Shown here piece after piece: positions 46,119 to 58,029 of a stretch of DNA of 64,000 bases (position 1 is the first letter of the stretch; every line of letters starts with the position of its first letter). The notes below the pieces were generated by a model. That model saw only the letters and a program-made list of their open reading frames with translations, ran no database searches and was not told where the DNA came from. The translations under genes and the position numbers were made by a program. This DNA comes from Macrostomum hystrix (lineage: Eukaryota > Animalia > Platyhelminthes). The stretch spans positions 5,766,001 to 5,830,000 of the forward strand of contig CATNEN010000038.1 in assembly GCA_950097015.1 (NCBI GenBank), read 5' to 3'.

Positions 46119-47049
46119 ACTGATTATGTAAAACAGCAGTGAAGTCACTAGCTAACATACGAGCTACTGGACCATTCAGTTTAGTCTAAAGGATGTATAT
46201 TAAATATATATAATTTTGACCATGTTCAAAGTTGTTATCTTGAAGGTGAAGGTATGCGTACATTTGAAGTATTGAAGTACATTTATTTATTTTAGGTTAA
46301 GCTTATCTGTAGAATTACGAGAATTCTTTTTTCGTAGTTCTTTTAAGTCTATTATTTTTTTATCGCTATATTAACTGTATTTTCTCTTCTCTTTGCGATG
46401 CCTTACTTGGACTAAACTATAAGAAGTTGACTTTTTTTCGTCAAGCGGTAAAAGTAAATCTCATTGTTAGTTTTTAGCTTTTAGTATTTGCTTATCCCAA
46501 TACAAAATATAGCAGTGATCGATATGCTTTTTTACTGTCAGCGTCTGTGATGTGACAGTTAACGGTGAATTAAAAAAATGTTGCAGCCTCAACCTGACAC
46601 CTGTCATTCTTCGTCACTAAATACAAGCTCACATGCTCAACATCTTTGTCTTTAAAAGCTAAAAGTTCCAGAACGGCAGTAGAGAGTCATCCATACGAAT
46701 TTGTGAAAGGAATTTTGCAGTGCATTTAGTGAGCTGTAGTTTGGTGCTGTGAGTCTAGATTTGGAGTCAAAGAATAAAGTGTCTCCCAAGTATTAACACT
46801 TGGGGCAGCCAGTGTGTGCTATGAAGCAAGGTTCAAGTTCAAGTGTTTCGGAGTCTCTTGAAAGAATCTAGGAGTGCAACAGTTAGGAGTGAGCATGCTA
46901 TGAAGCTAGGAGCGAACTCTAGGAGCTAGGAGTGAATGTGGCTCCCTTCATAATAATGTGGAGTGAGTGTATAATAAAACTAGGACTGGGCGTGTGTGTT
47001 CGGGATTCAGTGGGATGGACAGAATTTCTTCCCACTGGTTGCGCTGCGT

Positions 47050-47421
47050 TGTGTCTGGTGGTCGGGTGTCTGGTGTTCGGGTGTCTGGTGGTCGGGTGTC
47101 TGGTGTTCGGGTGTCTGGTGGTCGGGTGTCTGGTGGTCGGGTGTCTGGTGTTTGGGTGTCTGGTGATCGGGTGTCTGTTGTTCGGGTGTCTGGTGATCGG
47201 GTGTCTGTTGTTCGGGTGTCTGGTGATCGGGTGTCTGGTGATCGGGTGTCTGGTGATCGGGTGTCTGGTGATCGGGTGTCTGGTGGTCGGGTGTCTGGTG
47301 TTCGGGTGTCTGGTGATCGGGTGTCTGGTGATCGGGTGTCTGTTGTTCAGGTGTCTGGTGATCGGGTGTCTGGTGATCGGGTGTCTGGTGGTCGGGTGTC
47401 TTGTGATCGGGTGTCTGGTGG
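47050..47421. repeat. 15-bp minisatellite (GGGTGTCTGGTGATC)n
   Basis: Periodicity seen directly. Confidence 0.95.
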
Positions 47422-48409
47422 CAAAAAGCACCAATTAGGCATCATTTTTTTTGCTCGCAAAATTTCATCCTGTAACCATGTTGGCTATTTTTGTTGATAA
47501 TGTTGTATTGATATTTTGTTAATGAAAAACTTTGAGCCAATAGGGATTCGCTATAGAGGTTCATGCAGAGCAATGTCAGTTGTCCTTGTCAACGGGGTCT
47601 TCGACAAGAATCGCTGAATATTTCAACGATGCTGACGTCGGACGACCTTGAAAATTAGTTTATCGTGAAGCATGTAGAATTTCGATCCATATGGTGGACT
47701 TTCACGAAAATCGGTCATTCGGTTTGGCTTTCCCACTGGGGAAAATATACTACTCGTAGTAAGTGTTGTTTTTCTACTGTTAAATGATTGTGTTAGGTTT
47801 AACTTTGCATTAGCAAAATGAGATGAGTTTTATTAGTATAATGAAATTTATAAAAAGCCAATGCGCTCGTAAAAGCATGTCTTCTCGTTCTTAACCTGCG
47901 CGCGCTGGAAGCTGGCAGCAGAAAAAAAGCAGAGCACTGCTCTTCTGGGAACAGCAGAAGAAGCAGGAAACACGCATACAGTTCTCTGATGGGTTATTTC
48001 GAGGGCAGTTTTTTGCGGGGGATGCATCGAGCAATAAGAAATATGTTTTTGGGTCTAAAAAATCAGTTCAATGATTTTCTAGGGTGCGTTTCACAGAAAC
48101 AAACGTGACGAGTCTTCAACACCATTTTCCCGCGCATGTCATATTCTCGTTCGACCTAATATTTAGATCGAGGTTCCGTTTGTTACAGCATTGAGCTAAT
48201 TAAAACTGATATTTAAACGCAAATACTAAAGCACACAATGATCACAAATTTTCTTTTAGTAAATCATTGTATTGTGCATTTTGGCTTAATAGTCGATTCA
48301 CACGGCTCGATCTAATCTGGTATCAAAACAAATCCGGGCAGTCCGATGCTCAGAGGGCAGAAGAACTCGGGGGCTCACTCCGAAAGTTTTAAGAACGAAC
48401 CAGTTCGGA

Positions 48410-50330
48410 AATATTAAAAAAATGAAGCTTTAATTTTTTTCTAAGTAACTTCCCTCCAAAGGCAATTCAATGTACAAAAGCACTGTTGGAATGCGCGGAC
48501 AGACTTTGATCTCTGAAGGGTGTCCATAACATCCAGATAAGCTTGCAGCGCTGAATCTTGCCACTCGAATCTCGTGGGCGCTCTTAATAATCGGGAAAAA
48601 TTGCATGGAACGGGAGAATCCATTAAATTTAAGATTTGATCGAGGATAAAAGCACTTGCGAACAGCTCGACCTAAGCCTGGTATACAGTTTTGGACCTCG
48701 TTGCTCTCTTTCAGAGATGCACTGCACGACTTACATATTGCAGTTGTTTGATATGTGCTACGTTAAAGAACATACTCGTATTTAACGTAATAGGAAAATA
48801 TGTCAGAGTTGTGTAGAGGCTAACTGCAAGCATCTGCAGTTTTCTACATCTGGTACATAATCAGCATTTTTTAAGTTCTAAAGCTCTATTTTGTTGCATA
48901 TTCAAGAAAATAAAGTTCTATCGTACGACTATTTTACATATTTTCTATTTTCTTATTTAATTGCACTTTAGAAAGCAGTATTGCGATCGGTTCGTGTTAT
49001 CCGCAACCAATAAGGTGGTTATTGTGTTCGTTTTACCCCTGAGAACATTTACGGTTAAGGGTACTCAAGCAGAATTGGTGATTTACATCCGGCAAGAATT
49101 TCTAGTCGTAAGGTGTGATTGGGCGTAAATTCACAATTATCCTGTGGATTGAGCCTCATGGGTGTGGGGCTCAAGCCACAGTGAAGTGTACACTGCCTGA
49201 CGATGAGAAAGTCAGGGCAGATGTACACACCTGTGTGAGCGTGTGCCTGCGTACGTTATCTGTGTGCGTGTGTGCTCAGGAGTCAGCGAAATGGGCAGAA
49301 TTGCCTCCTCGCTGGCTGCGGGTCCAGTGTCACTAAATGATGTGCCATTGCCAGCAGCCCTCCTGTAAATACGGCTCGTATTACGCTCGTACTAATGGTA
49401 TTTTAAGCATATCCAACGTGTGAGTCCACGGCAGTATGTTATTAATCGACGTGTCAATAAGTAATGGCATTCATCGTGCCAGAATTATTTCGCAAAGCTC
49501 TCGGCCCATATGGAAACTGTCATGGGGGTGACGAGACGCGGGAGGGTTTGAAGAAGCCAATGGGCGTGTCAGCTGGTCCAGAAAAGCTGCTTGCAAGCAT
49601 TTGAATGCTAGCCCGTAAAAAGTCTACAACTGCAATAGAAAAAATGAGTGTGTGTATAAATACTGGCATCAAACGATGTTCTAAAATCGTGCCCCAGACA
49701 ATTTCTCCCATAAAATTGTCAAAGCAGCTTCTATTGGAAGAATTAAACCTGCCGCTAATTTTTTTGCGAGGTTCGTTGCTTCCTTTACCGTCTGTCGCCA
49801 GGAAATATTGAAGCCAGCAGAAAAACGCGACGATTGCAATGTCCAAGTTCACCGTGCTCTTGATTTTCATCTGGGCCTGCATCAACTCCGCAGTGTGCAG
49901 CTCCGCCTGTCCCAGTCCGTTCACCCGACTGTCTAGCGGGCACTGCACCTACTGGAATGCCAGCAACACGGCGAACTGGTGCCAGGCTGCCGAATTCTGC
50001 CTCAGTATCGGAGGCGAGCTGGCCATCGACCTGGGGCTCATCAGAGCTGCCAGGACCGGGCTGGTCACCGATCGATCCTACATCGGCCTCAACGACTTGC
50101 TGATCGAGAGAGGCACCAATCGCATCGGCTGGCAGCTCACCAACGGCAGCATCGCTCAGCTGGAGTCTGCTGACTGGGAGCCCTATGGGCCTGACAATTT
50201 CGATGCGACAGACGACTTTGGCATTGTTTACCCTCCAGGAGTTGCTGACATTCGATTCATGCGTAAAAGGCCCTTTCTTTGCCAGCCGCTGGTGACACCC
50301 AACAGCAGCTGGTTCAGGCGGACTGACTTC
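48410..50330 (+). repeat. Segmental tandem-duplication unit of the lectin array, near-identical to 38727-39080 + 44363-45900
   Basis: Long stretches of identity including the same truncated SINE-A copy (44686 and 49120) and the lectin upstream region. 37181-38493 likewise matches 45303-46605. Confidence 0.9.
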
Positions 50331-50552
50331 CTGCGCCTCGGCAACATCAGCCCGAACTACTGCTTCACTGAGGTTAGTGATGTGAAGTTCCAGATCGAGT
50401 GTGCGCTCCGCTGCGCCGACAGGTGGCAGTGCAGAGTTGCCATCTTCAACAGGGCCAGCGGCAGGTGCAGGATGCTGGACTTCACCGACGCCAGCGTTGG
50501 AAACGCCATCGAGACGGACCCGAACTGGACCAAGCTGGTCAAGGTCTACTGA
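49839..50552 (+). CDS. Secreted CTL + PAN/Apple protein, copy 4 (237 aa; recombinant)
   Basis: Intact ORF. CTLD protein identical to copy 3; PAN half and 3' flank resemble copies 5 and 1. Confidence 0.9.
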   Translation: MSKFTVLLIFIWACINSAVCSSACPSPFTRLSSGHCTYWNASNTANWCQAAEFCLSIGGELAIDLGLIRAARTGLVTDRSYIGLNDLLIERGTNRIGWQLTNGSIAQLESADWEPYGPDNFDATDDFGIVYPPGVADIRFMRKRPFLCQPLVTPNSSWFRRTDFLRLGNISPNYCFTEVSDVKFQIECALRCADRWQCRVAIFNRASGRCRMLDFTDASVGNAIETDPNWTKLVKVY

Positions 50553-50755
50553 AAGTTTAAATTACGACATTAAAACTAACTACACATCTCGTAGGCAAAA
50601 AATATTTCTTCAGCTGATGAATAACCGTACTGTGTGTTAATTTGATTGAAGAAATCGAATTGAAACGTAACAATGCCACCACCCAAGACCAGTAGCGCCA
50701 GTAACGATAAGAAAAACATTTTTGAGGATTTCGAATATGGAAAAAATATTTTTGT

Positions 50756-53700
50756 TGTGGTTGAGAGGCCTGAGTAGTTTAATTATTCTAATTATTTTGG
50801 TTGCATTCATATATTGTATTTTCAGTCTAGAAGTGCTCTAAGCTGACAGCCAATCAGCGTGCTTCAATCGTCACAGTAATTTTTCTAACCCAAGCCCCCA
50901 GTCAGTGTGCATCTATCGGCACCGTACAATACTTCGTGTTGCTAGTACTTTTCTCACCCCCGGTCACCACCTCAATGCAAAATAAAAATAAATATTACTG
51001 CGGAGCTAGAGCGCAGAGGTCGTACCGGTAGTACCCATACCTTGTTATGCGATAAAACGCCGCTGTCAAATCATTGTCCTTCTTCGTTACTTGTTCACCG
51101 AAACATTTTGGTAGCAGAGCGTGGTTTCAATGGCAGACCACGAAGCGAATAAGCAGCAGACTGGCTGCTCAGAAGACGAAGAAGAGAAAGAGATTAGCAC
51201 AGCAGAGCGATTTCGCATTGAGCAATTTCGACGAGTAAAAGCAAGGACAAAATCAACAGCAACGAGGACGCGCAACAAACTCGTACTGTTGCTACAGAGC
51301 GAAGCAGATCACAACTCCATCCAGCAGGCCTGCGAGGCAGCGACAATTGCACATGACGACTGCGTGAAAACGCTTGAGGCATTCTACGACGAGCTGCTTC
51401 AACAAGAAGCGACAGAAGAAGTTCGAAACAACCTGCTTGACGAGTTAGATCAAGTGGATCAACAATTTCAGGACGCAATGAAATGCATCACCCAGTTCGT
51501 CTCTGCGCAGCAGGCGGCGACTGCCGCGACTGCGTCGACTGCCGCGACTGCCGCGACTGCGGCGACTGCCGCGACTGCGGCGACTGCCGCGACTGCGGCG
51601 ACTGCCGCGACTGCGGCGACTGCCGCGACTGCGGCGACTGCCGCGACTGCGGCGACTGCCGCGACTGCGGCGACTGCGGCGACTGCGGCGACTGCGGCGA
51701 CTGCCGCGACTGCGGCGACTGCGGCGACTGCGGCGACTGCCGCGACTGCGGCGACTGCTTTTCCGGTCATGATCGCAAGCAGCAGCATCGAAGGCTCGGT
51801 GAGTGAAGAATTTAGGTCTCAGATTAGCAGCAGTGAAGCAGTGAAGCAGTGAAGCAGATTTCTGGAAGATGCTTCGGCGAGTACAGATTCCGAAGTTTGC
51901 TGGCGACAAGCAACAATACGAATCGTGGAAAGCTGCGTTTACTGCCTGCATTGACCGAGCCCCTGCTACGCCCGAGTTTAAGTTACTGCAACTCCGACAA
52001 TATCTTCAAGGACCAGCACTGAAACTTGTCGAACATTTGGGCCATTCCGCCGCTGCCTACGAAGCCGCCAAGGACCGGCTGGAACGCGAATTCGGAGGTA
52101 GCCGCCGAAGAATAGCGCTGTACCTTGAAGAACTTGATAGCTTTCCACCTATCCGCACGTCAAATACAAAGGTACTTAAGCAATTTTCAAATTTGCTAGA
52201 TGTAGCGGTTGTAAATCTCGAAGAGTCCGGCAAAGTCTCGGAACTGACGGATGGCTTGCTGTATGCGAAGCTGCAAAAGAAGCTCCCGGAGCAGATGGTA
52301 GCGCGCTACCGGCGTTGGCTTTTTGAAGGACATCGACCAGAGAGCGTAAAGATGTTGCGCGAGTGGGTGTTGTTAGAAGCCGCATTTCAGACAGAAGCCA
52401 TGGAAATCGTGCACGGAGTGGCGAGTGAGGAAAGGTTCAAGAAGGAGACGCGATCAAAAATGTTCCTCATCAATCAGCAACAAACACCGCTGTCTAAAAC
52501 CTGCACGATGTGTCAGGATCACCACGAATTGTGGAAGTGTGCCACCTTTAGACAGCTGTCAATCGAAAACCGCTGGAAAGCTGCCCAAGATGCCAGAGCC
52601 TGTTTTCGCTGTCTAGATCGCGGTCATGCTGCGCGGATGTGCCGACATGGGCGCCGATGTGGAATCAATGATTGTGGGAATTTGCACCACCGCTTGCTGC
52701 ACAGCAACACGACGATGAAAGCGGAGTCAAAGACGAAGGTGGCGGCAGAAGCCACGCGAAAGAACGCTGACCCGGTGCCGCGAGGAGCTGTGACAATGAT
52801 GACCAGACAGGAAGGAGCGATGTCGCTACGAACAGTTCCGGTGATTCTCAAATCGGGCAACCGTTCAGTGAAAGTGAACGCGCTGTTAGACGATGCTCGC
52901 ACCAGTACCTATGTGAACGCGGAGATTGCCGAAGCGCTGGGTTTGGAAGGCAAGATAGAGAGAGTGAAAGTGAACGTTTTGAACGGTCAGACTGAAACAT
53001 TCTTGACGGCTCCTGTAACGATGACGCTAGAAAGTGTAGATGGGAGACTGAAGCGACAGATAACGGCGTTCACCACGGATAGCGTCACAGGGAAACTGAA
53101 AGCCACGGATTGGCAGACGATGGCGACTGATTGGGAACACCTAGAACGAATTCCGTTTCCTCAGCTCCACGCGCCGCATCTCATCGACCTTCTAATAGGA
53201 GTGGATCACGCAGAGCTACACGTATCCTATCGCGAGGTCCATGGTGGACCCGGTGAGCCGCAGGCGCGTTTGACACCACTCGGATGGACTGGTGTGGGTC
53301 CAGCGGCGCAGCAGCAGCATCAGACGAACTTAGCCAGCACATTTCTGTGCATCGCCAATGACGAGCTGCTGTCACCAGTGCTGCGCAAATTCTGGGTGGT
53401 CGAAGAAGTCCGGCCAGAGAAGGATCAAAATTGGACAGCTGATGAGCAAGCGGCAGTTGATCAAGCAAAGTCTACGTTAAAGCACATTAACGGCCGTTAC
53501 CAGGTGGGAATTCCATGGAGGCCAAAAGCACAAATCCGCTTGAACAACTATGACATGGCGATTAAGCGGCTGAGCAACACGGAGAGCCGGTTAAAGAAAG
53601 ATCTGGAGGTGGCCAAGCAGTATCAGACATGCATAGAGCGATATGAAAAGCAAGGCTATATTCGGCGAATCAAAGAAGATGAGTTCTCTGCTAGAAGATG

Positions 53701-55515
53701 CTTCCTGCCGCACTTCCCGATTGTCAGGCCCGACAAGTTGACGACAAAGGTTCGAATCGTCTTCGACGCGGGGGGAGACAAAAGCTCGCTCAACTCGCTG
53801 ATTCTCACAGGGCCGAAGTTTCAGCGAGAGTTGTTCGACGTGCTACTTCGCTTCAGGAGACATGCGGTCGCGGTGGCTTGTGACATCTCCGAGATGTACC
53901 TCCAGATAGAAATGGCACCTGAAGACCGGCCAGCGCATAGTTTTCTATGGCGTGAAATGGACACAAACAAGCCGATCCAGATGTTTGAGTTCAACCGCTT
54001 GGTCTTCGGAAACTCTAGTTCGCCATTTTTGGCCCAGTTCGTAGTCCGTGAGCACACAGAACGGCTGAAAGAAGAGCTGCCATCAGCGGCAGAAACCGTT
54101 CTAAACTCTACCTACATGGACGATTGTTACGGTGCTGTCAGTTTCTTAGGATGCGTTGACAACGGGACTGTAAAGTCAGTCAGCCTGGTAGCAGCCAAGT
54201 CTCGAGTAGCACCGGTGGCCACTGTCAGCATTCCCCGCCTCGAGCTCATGGCCGCTGTGCTGGGAGCTCAATTGGCCGTCAAGATTGCAGCAGTACTGAA
54301 GAAAGACATCCGAGAATTTCTATTCTGGTCGGACATCCTGAACGTTTTGTACTGGGTGAGAGGAAAAGGACGTTTCTTCAAGCCGTTTGCCGCTAACCGC
54401 ATCGGAGAGATCCAGTCCATCACGGACCCAGACCAGTGGAGATATGTACCGACCGAAGTCAATCCGGCTGATGCGCTGTCCCGAGGAATTTCAGTGAAGC
54501 AGCTGATGGAGACGGAAAGCTGGTGGCATGGACCAAGTTTTTTGCAACTGGAAGAGCGTGACTGGCCGGAGAAGGTGCTGCATGGAGAAGCCAAAAGATG
54601 TGGAAGAAAAGCGGGCGAGTGTTCGAAGTACGTTCGTCGGCATCCTGGAGGAACCCGCGGCCGCGGTAGGTCGTCTAGACCCGACAAGATTCTCCAGCTG
54701 GTTGAGACTCGTCCGGGTCCACGCCTGGGTCGCTCGATTCGCTAACAACTGTCGGCTGCCTCCAGAGGACAGAGTGCACGGTGAACTACTTCCAACCGAG
54801 TTCGAAGAGGCTGAGAATCGAATTATCAAGGAAGCTCAGACGGAGGGCTTCAGTGGTGAAATTCAAGGGCTAAAGAAAGGCAAGCAACTGTCGGCCCATA
54901 GTCCGTTGAGCGCGCTTAAGCCTAAACTAGACGAAGATGGCTTGATCAGGGCGGATAGCCGGTTGCAGTTTGCTGAGATTCTGCCGTTTAGTGCTCGAGT
55001 GCCGATCATCTTACCGCGGCAACATCCGGTGACAAGGCTGATTGTCAAGTTCTATCATGAGCGGGCTCAACATTCAGGCACAAATCAAACGCTGGCGAGT
55101 CTTTCGAGTCGGTTCTGGATCATCGGAGCCCGCGAAGCCATCAGAGAATCGGAAATCTCGTGTTTCGAGTGCAAACGTAGAAAGGCCAAGCCGGCGACTC
55201 TAGTCGGCACCGCTGCCAGAGAGCCGTTTCAAAGAACCGCTCAAGGCATTTATCCGCGTGTCCGTGAATTTTGGCGGACCATTCTTGACAAAGCAAGGGC
55301 GTGGAAAGGTTAGACAGAAGCGCTATCTTGCACTTTTTACATGCATGGCAACTCGAGCAGTGCACTTAGAGATGGCCTACAGCCTAGACACCAGTTCGTT
55401 CTTGAATGCACTCTCGCGGATGATCAGTCGTCGAGGCCGCATACTGGAGATCTATTCGGATAACGGGACCAATTTTGTCGGCGCAGAGCGTGAGCTCCGA
55501 GAGTTAGTCAGCTCC
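50756..55515 (+). mobile_element. BEL/Pao LTR retrotransposon, 3'-truncated and defective (5' LTR ~50756-51105, PBS 51109-51128)
   Basis: Gag IPKFAGDK..WKAAF..FKLLQLRQYL; three Cys-His knuckles ending CGINDCGNLHHRLLH; protease LLDDA; RT FLPHFPIVRPDKLTTKVRIVFDA..DISEMYLQI..YMDD; RNase H AKSRVAP..IPRLELMAA, NPADALSRG; integrase [19 protein letters not shown]. Deletion after YMDD, frameshifts, no 3' LTR. Confidence 0.93.
51514..51756 (+). repeat. 9-bp coding repeat (GCS GCG ACT) x27 encoding (Ala-Ala-Thr)n in BEL gag
   Basis: Periodicity seen directly, in frame within ORF 51130-51852. Confidence 0.95.
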
Positions 55516-55845
55516 ATTGTTTACCCTCCAGGAGTTACTGATGCCAGTTTTATATACAACTTTTCATTTCTGTGCCAGCCGCTGGTGACACCCAACAGCA
55601 GCTGGTTCAAGCGGACTGACTTCCTGCGCCTCGGCAACATCAGCCCCGAATACTGCTTCACTGAGGTTAGTAATGTGAAGTTCCAGATCGAGTGCGCGCT
55701 CCGCTGCGCCGACAGGTGGCAGTGCAGAGTTGCCATCTTCAACGAGGCCGACGGCAGGTGCAGGATGCTGGACTTCACCGACGCCAGCGTTGGAGACGCC
55801 ATCGAGACGGACCCGAACTGGACCAAGCTGGTCAAGGTCTACTGA
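55516..55845 (+). pseudogene. 3' half of CTL + PAN/Apple copy 5, fused in frame to the BEL integrase fragment
   Basis: ..[10 protein letters not shown]|[32 protein letters not shown]; its 3' flank matches that of copy 4. Confidence 0.88.
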
Positions 55846-56482
55846 AAGTTTAAATTACGACATTAAAACTAACTACACATCTCGTAGGCAAAAAATATTT
55901 CTTCAGCTGATGAATAACCGTACTGTGTGTTAATTTGATTGAAGAAATCGAATTGAAACGTAACAATGCCACCACCCAAGACCAGTAGCGCCAGTAACGA
56001 TAAGAAAAACATTTTTGAGGATTTTGAATATGGACAAAATATTTTTGTTGTGTTTACTTGCGACTTGCTGGCATACGAGCTCGTATTCATTGGTGCATTG
56101 TTGATTGCATATTCTCTTATGAAAAAAATTCTAACAACTATTTCCAGTGGGATCCTGTTTAGTGGCATACAAAAGCGTAGGTTGCGATCAGGCAGTCAAA
56201 CTGCCAATTCACTTCAAGGACGTCGTGGTTGTATTTTACTGCAAATTTTCTTTGAGCTGCCAATCTGCCCTATTTTTTAGTTAAAACTCGCATATACAGG
56301 GCGAGAAAATGAAATGATGACATTTGATTTGACATCTTTGACATTTTTTAATGCTTTGTCGTTTAGCTTCTAGTGGGGCAGAGAGCAACTCTTATGTATG
56401 CAGACAGGTTGAATTGATGCACAGGTGTCATTAACTATCGTTCTGAAACTTTTGTCGACCGAAAGCTTGACTCCAGAAGCAG

Positions 56483-56831
56483 GCATTGGCTCTGAGTGAG
56501 GGCCGTAGGACCACCATACCAAGCTAAAGTCTTCGTCATTGCCTTCGCATTGGCTCAGAGTGAGGGCCGTACGACCACCATACCAAGCTAAAGTCTTCGT
56601 CATTGCCTTCGCATTGGCTCAGAGTGAGGGCCGTAGGACCACCATACCAAGCTAAAGTCTTCGTCATTGCCTTCGCATTGGCTCTGAATGAGGGCCGTAG
56701 GACCACCATACCAAGCTAAAGTCTTCGTCATTGCCTTCGCATTGGCTCAGAGTGAGGGCCGTAGGACCACCATACCAAGCTAAAGTCTTCGTCATTGCCT
56801 TCGCATTGGCTCTGAGTGAGGGCCGTAGGAC
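56483..56831. repeat. 64-bp tandem repeat, ~5.4 copies
   Basis: Unit GCATTGGCTCTGAGTGAGGGCCGTAGGACCACCATACCAAGCTAAAGTCTTCGTCATTGCCTTC. Confidence 0.95.
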
Positions 56832-57194
56832 AAAACTACTGCTCGTTTTGTGCTTCACAATTTTTATCATTGCCATAAATTTTTGTTAAAATAAGATTTT
56901 TTGATTTTCTTAGTTTAGTGCGGATGGCATGATTACAGGCCCAATAGACGCGCATTGTGAAGATCGAACGATAACCTTATTCCGCAAAACGATGAAGAGC
57001 ACTCATTTCGTGACTTAGAGGAAAACAAAATGTTTTCGGATGTTCTCGGGTCCAAAAACTTCATTGTCAGATACGGTTGGCCCAATGTGATGGCCGCATT
57101 TTATTTAAAAATGGACAGCTACTGACGAAATGCGAGCAGTGAATTGTTTAGACCTCATTTTAACTCAAGGGAAGCAAATTAAACATCACTGCTT

Positions 57195-57600
57195 TATGAA
57201 GGTCGTTACAAGGCCCTGAATGTCCTGTCGATGTTGGCACAACATTCAACGTCGGTGGGTCACGGGGCCTGGCCTGCATTCGGTAGTACCTGTGGAGGCC
57301 CTGTTATTAATTCGATGGCCAAAGATTGGGATCAGGCGCTGAGACTGCTCTTGAAAGACAGGGGAACTCGCTGGAGCTGTCAATTATTGGCGACAGAGAA
57401 AGAAGTCAAGCGGTGCGTTGCTTGGAAAACTTGCTTGAGACCCAGGTGACAGGACAATAAGTTATTTACTCTCAGGTCTCTTTCGCTGCCGGTAGTCAGT
57501 GTGGCTAGAGAGGGCCTGCGAGTGGGCCTGGTTGCCTTGGAGAATGAAAAACATGACTCAGTAGAATTTCTTACAGTCCCGCTGTGGAGGAGTTGATGGA
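57195..57600 (-). mobile_element. Possible highly degenerate CR1/L2-type LINE ORF2 fragment
   Basis: Minus-strand remnants SERDLRV (cf. ERDLGV) and LFKS in a GC-richer patch; many stops and frameshifts, weak. Confidence 0.25.
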
Positions 57601-58029
57601 ATGAGCTCTACGCAGCATAGAGCTCATTTAAATCATAGAGCCATTTCTTAAATTATCTTAATTGGCTAATTAAGAAGTTCAGAAATTCAGAAATTCAGAA
57701 ATTCAGAAGTTGCATCTCAGTGCAGGTGTAGTGGAAATAATGGGAACTTTGCCGGGCAAACAGCGTGCTCCACTTTTCATTCACGCGCTTGAAGAAGCCA
57801 ATTAGCGGCGCAATAGTTGGTAAAGAGTAGCTGCTTTCCAAAATTTTATGAATACTGGCATCTAACAATGCTCTCAGCGCGTGCCGAGGACAATTTCTTC
57901 CACAAAATTATTAAAGCAGCTTGTTGTGGAAGAACTAAAGCCACCGCAGAATTTAACCATCGCTTCCACTACCCATCCGTCGCTTGAAAATATAGAAGCC
58001 GGCAGAAAAACCGCTGAGCAAAAGCTGCA

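Noticed and set aside
45351-46148. Long antisense ORFs over the lectins, DSTYK and pol
   Set aside because: Shadow ORFs expected from GC3-rich sense coding sequence; no recognisable motifs.
46919-47497. Repetitive ORFs (TRHPI, GCLVI, RVSGD) as structural proteins
   Set aside because: These are readings of a 15-bp minisatellite, with no splice or codon support.
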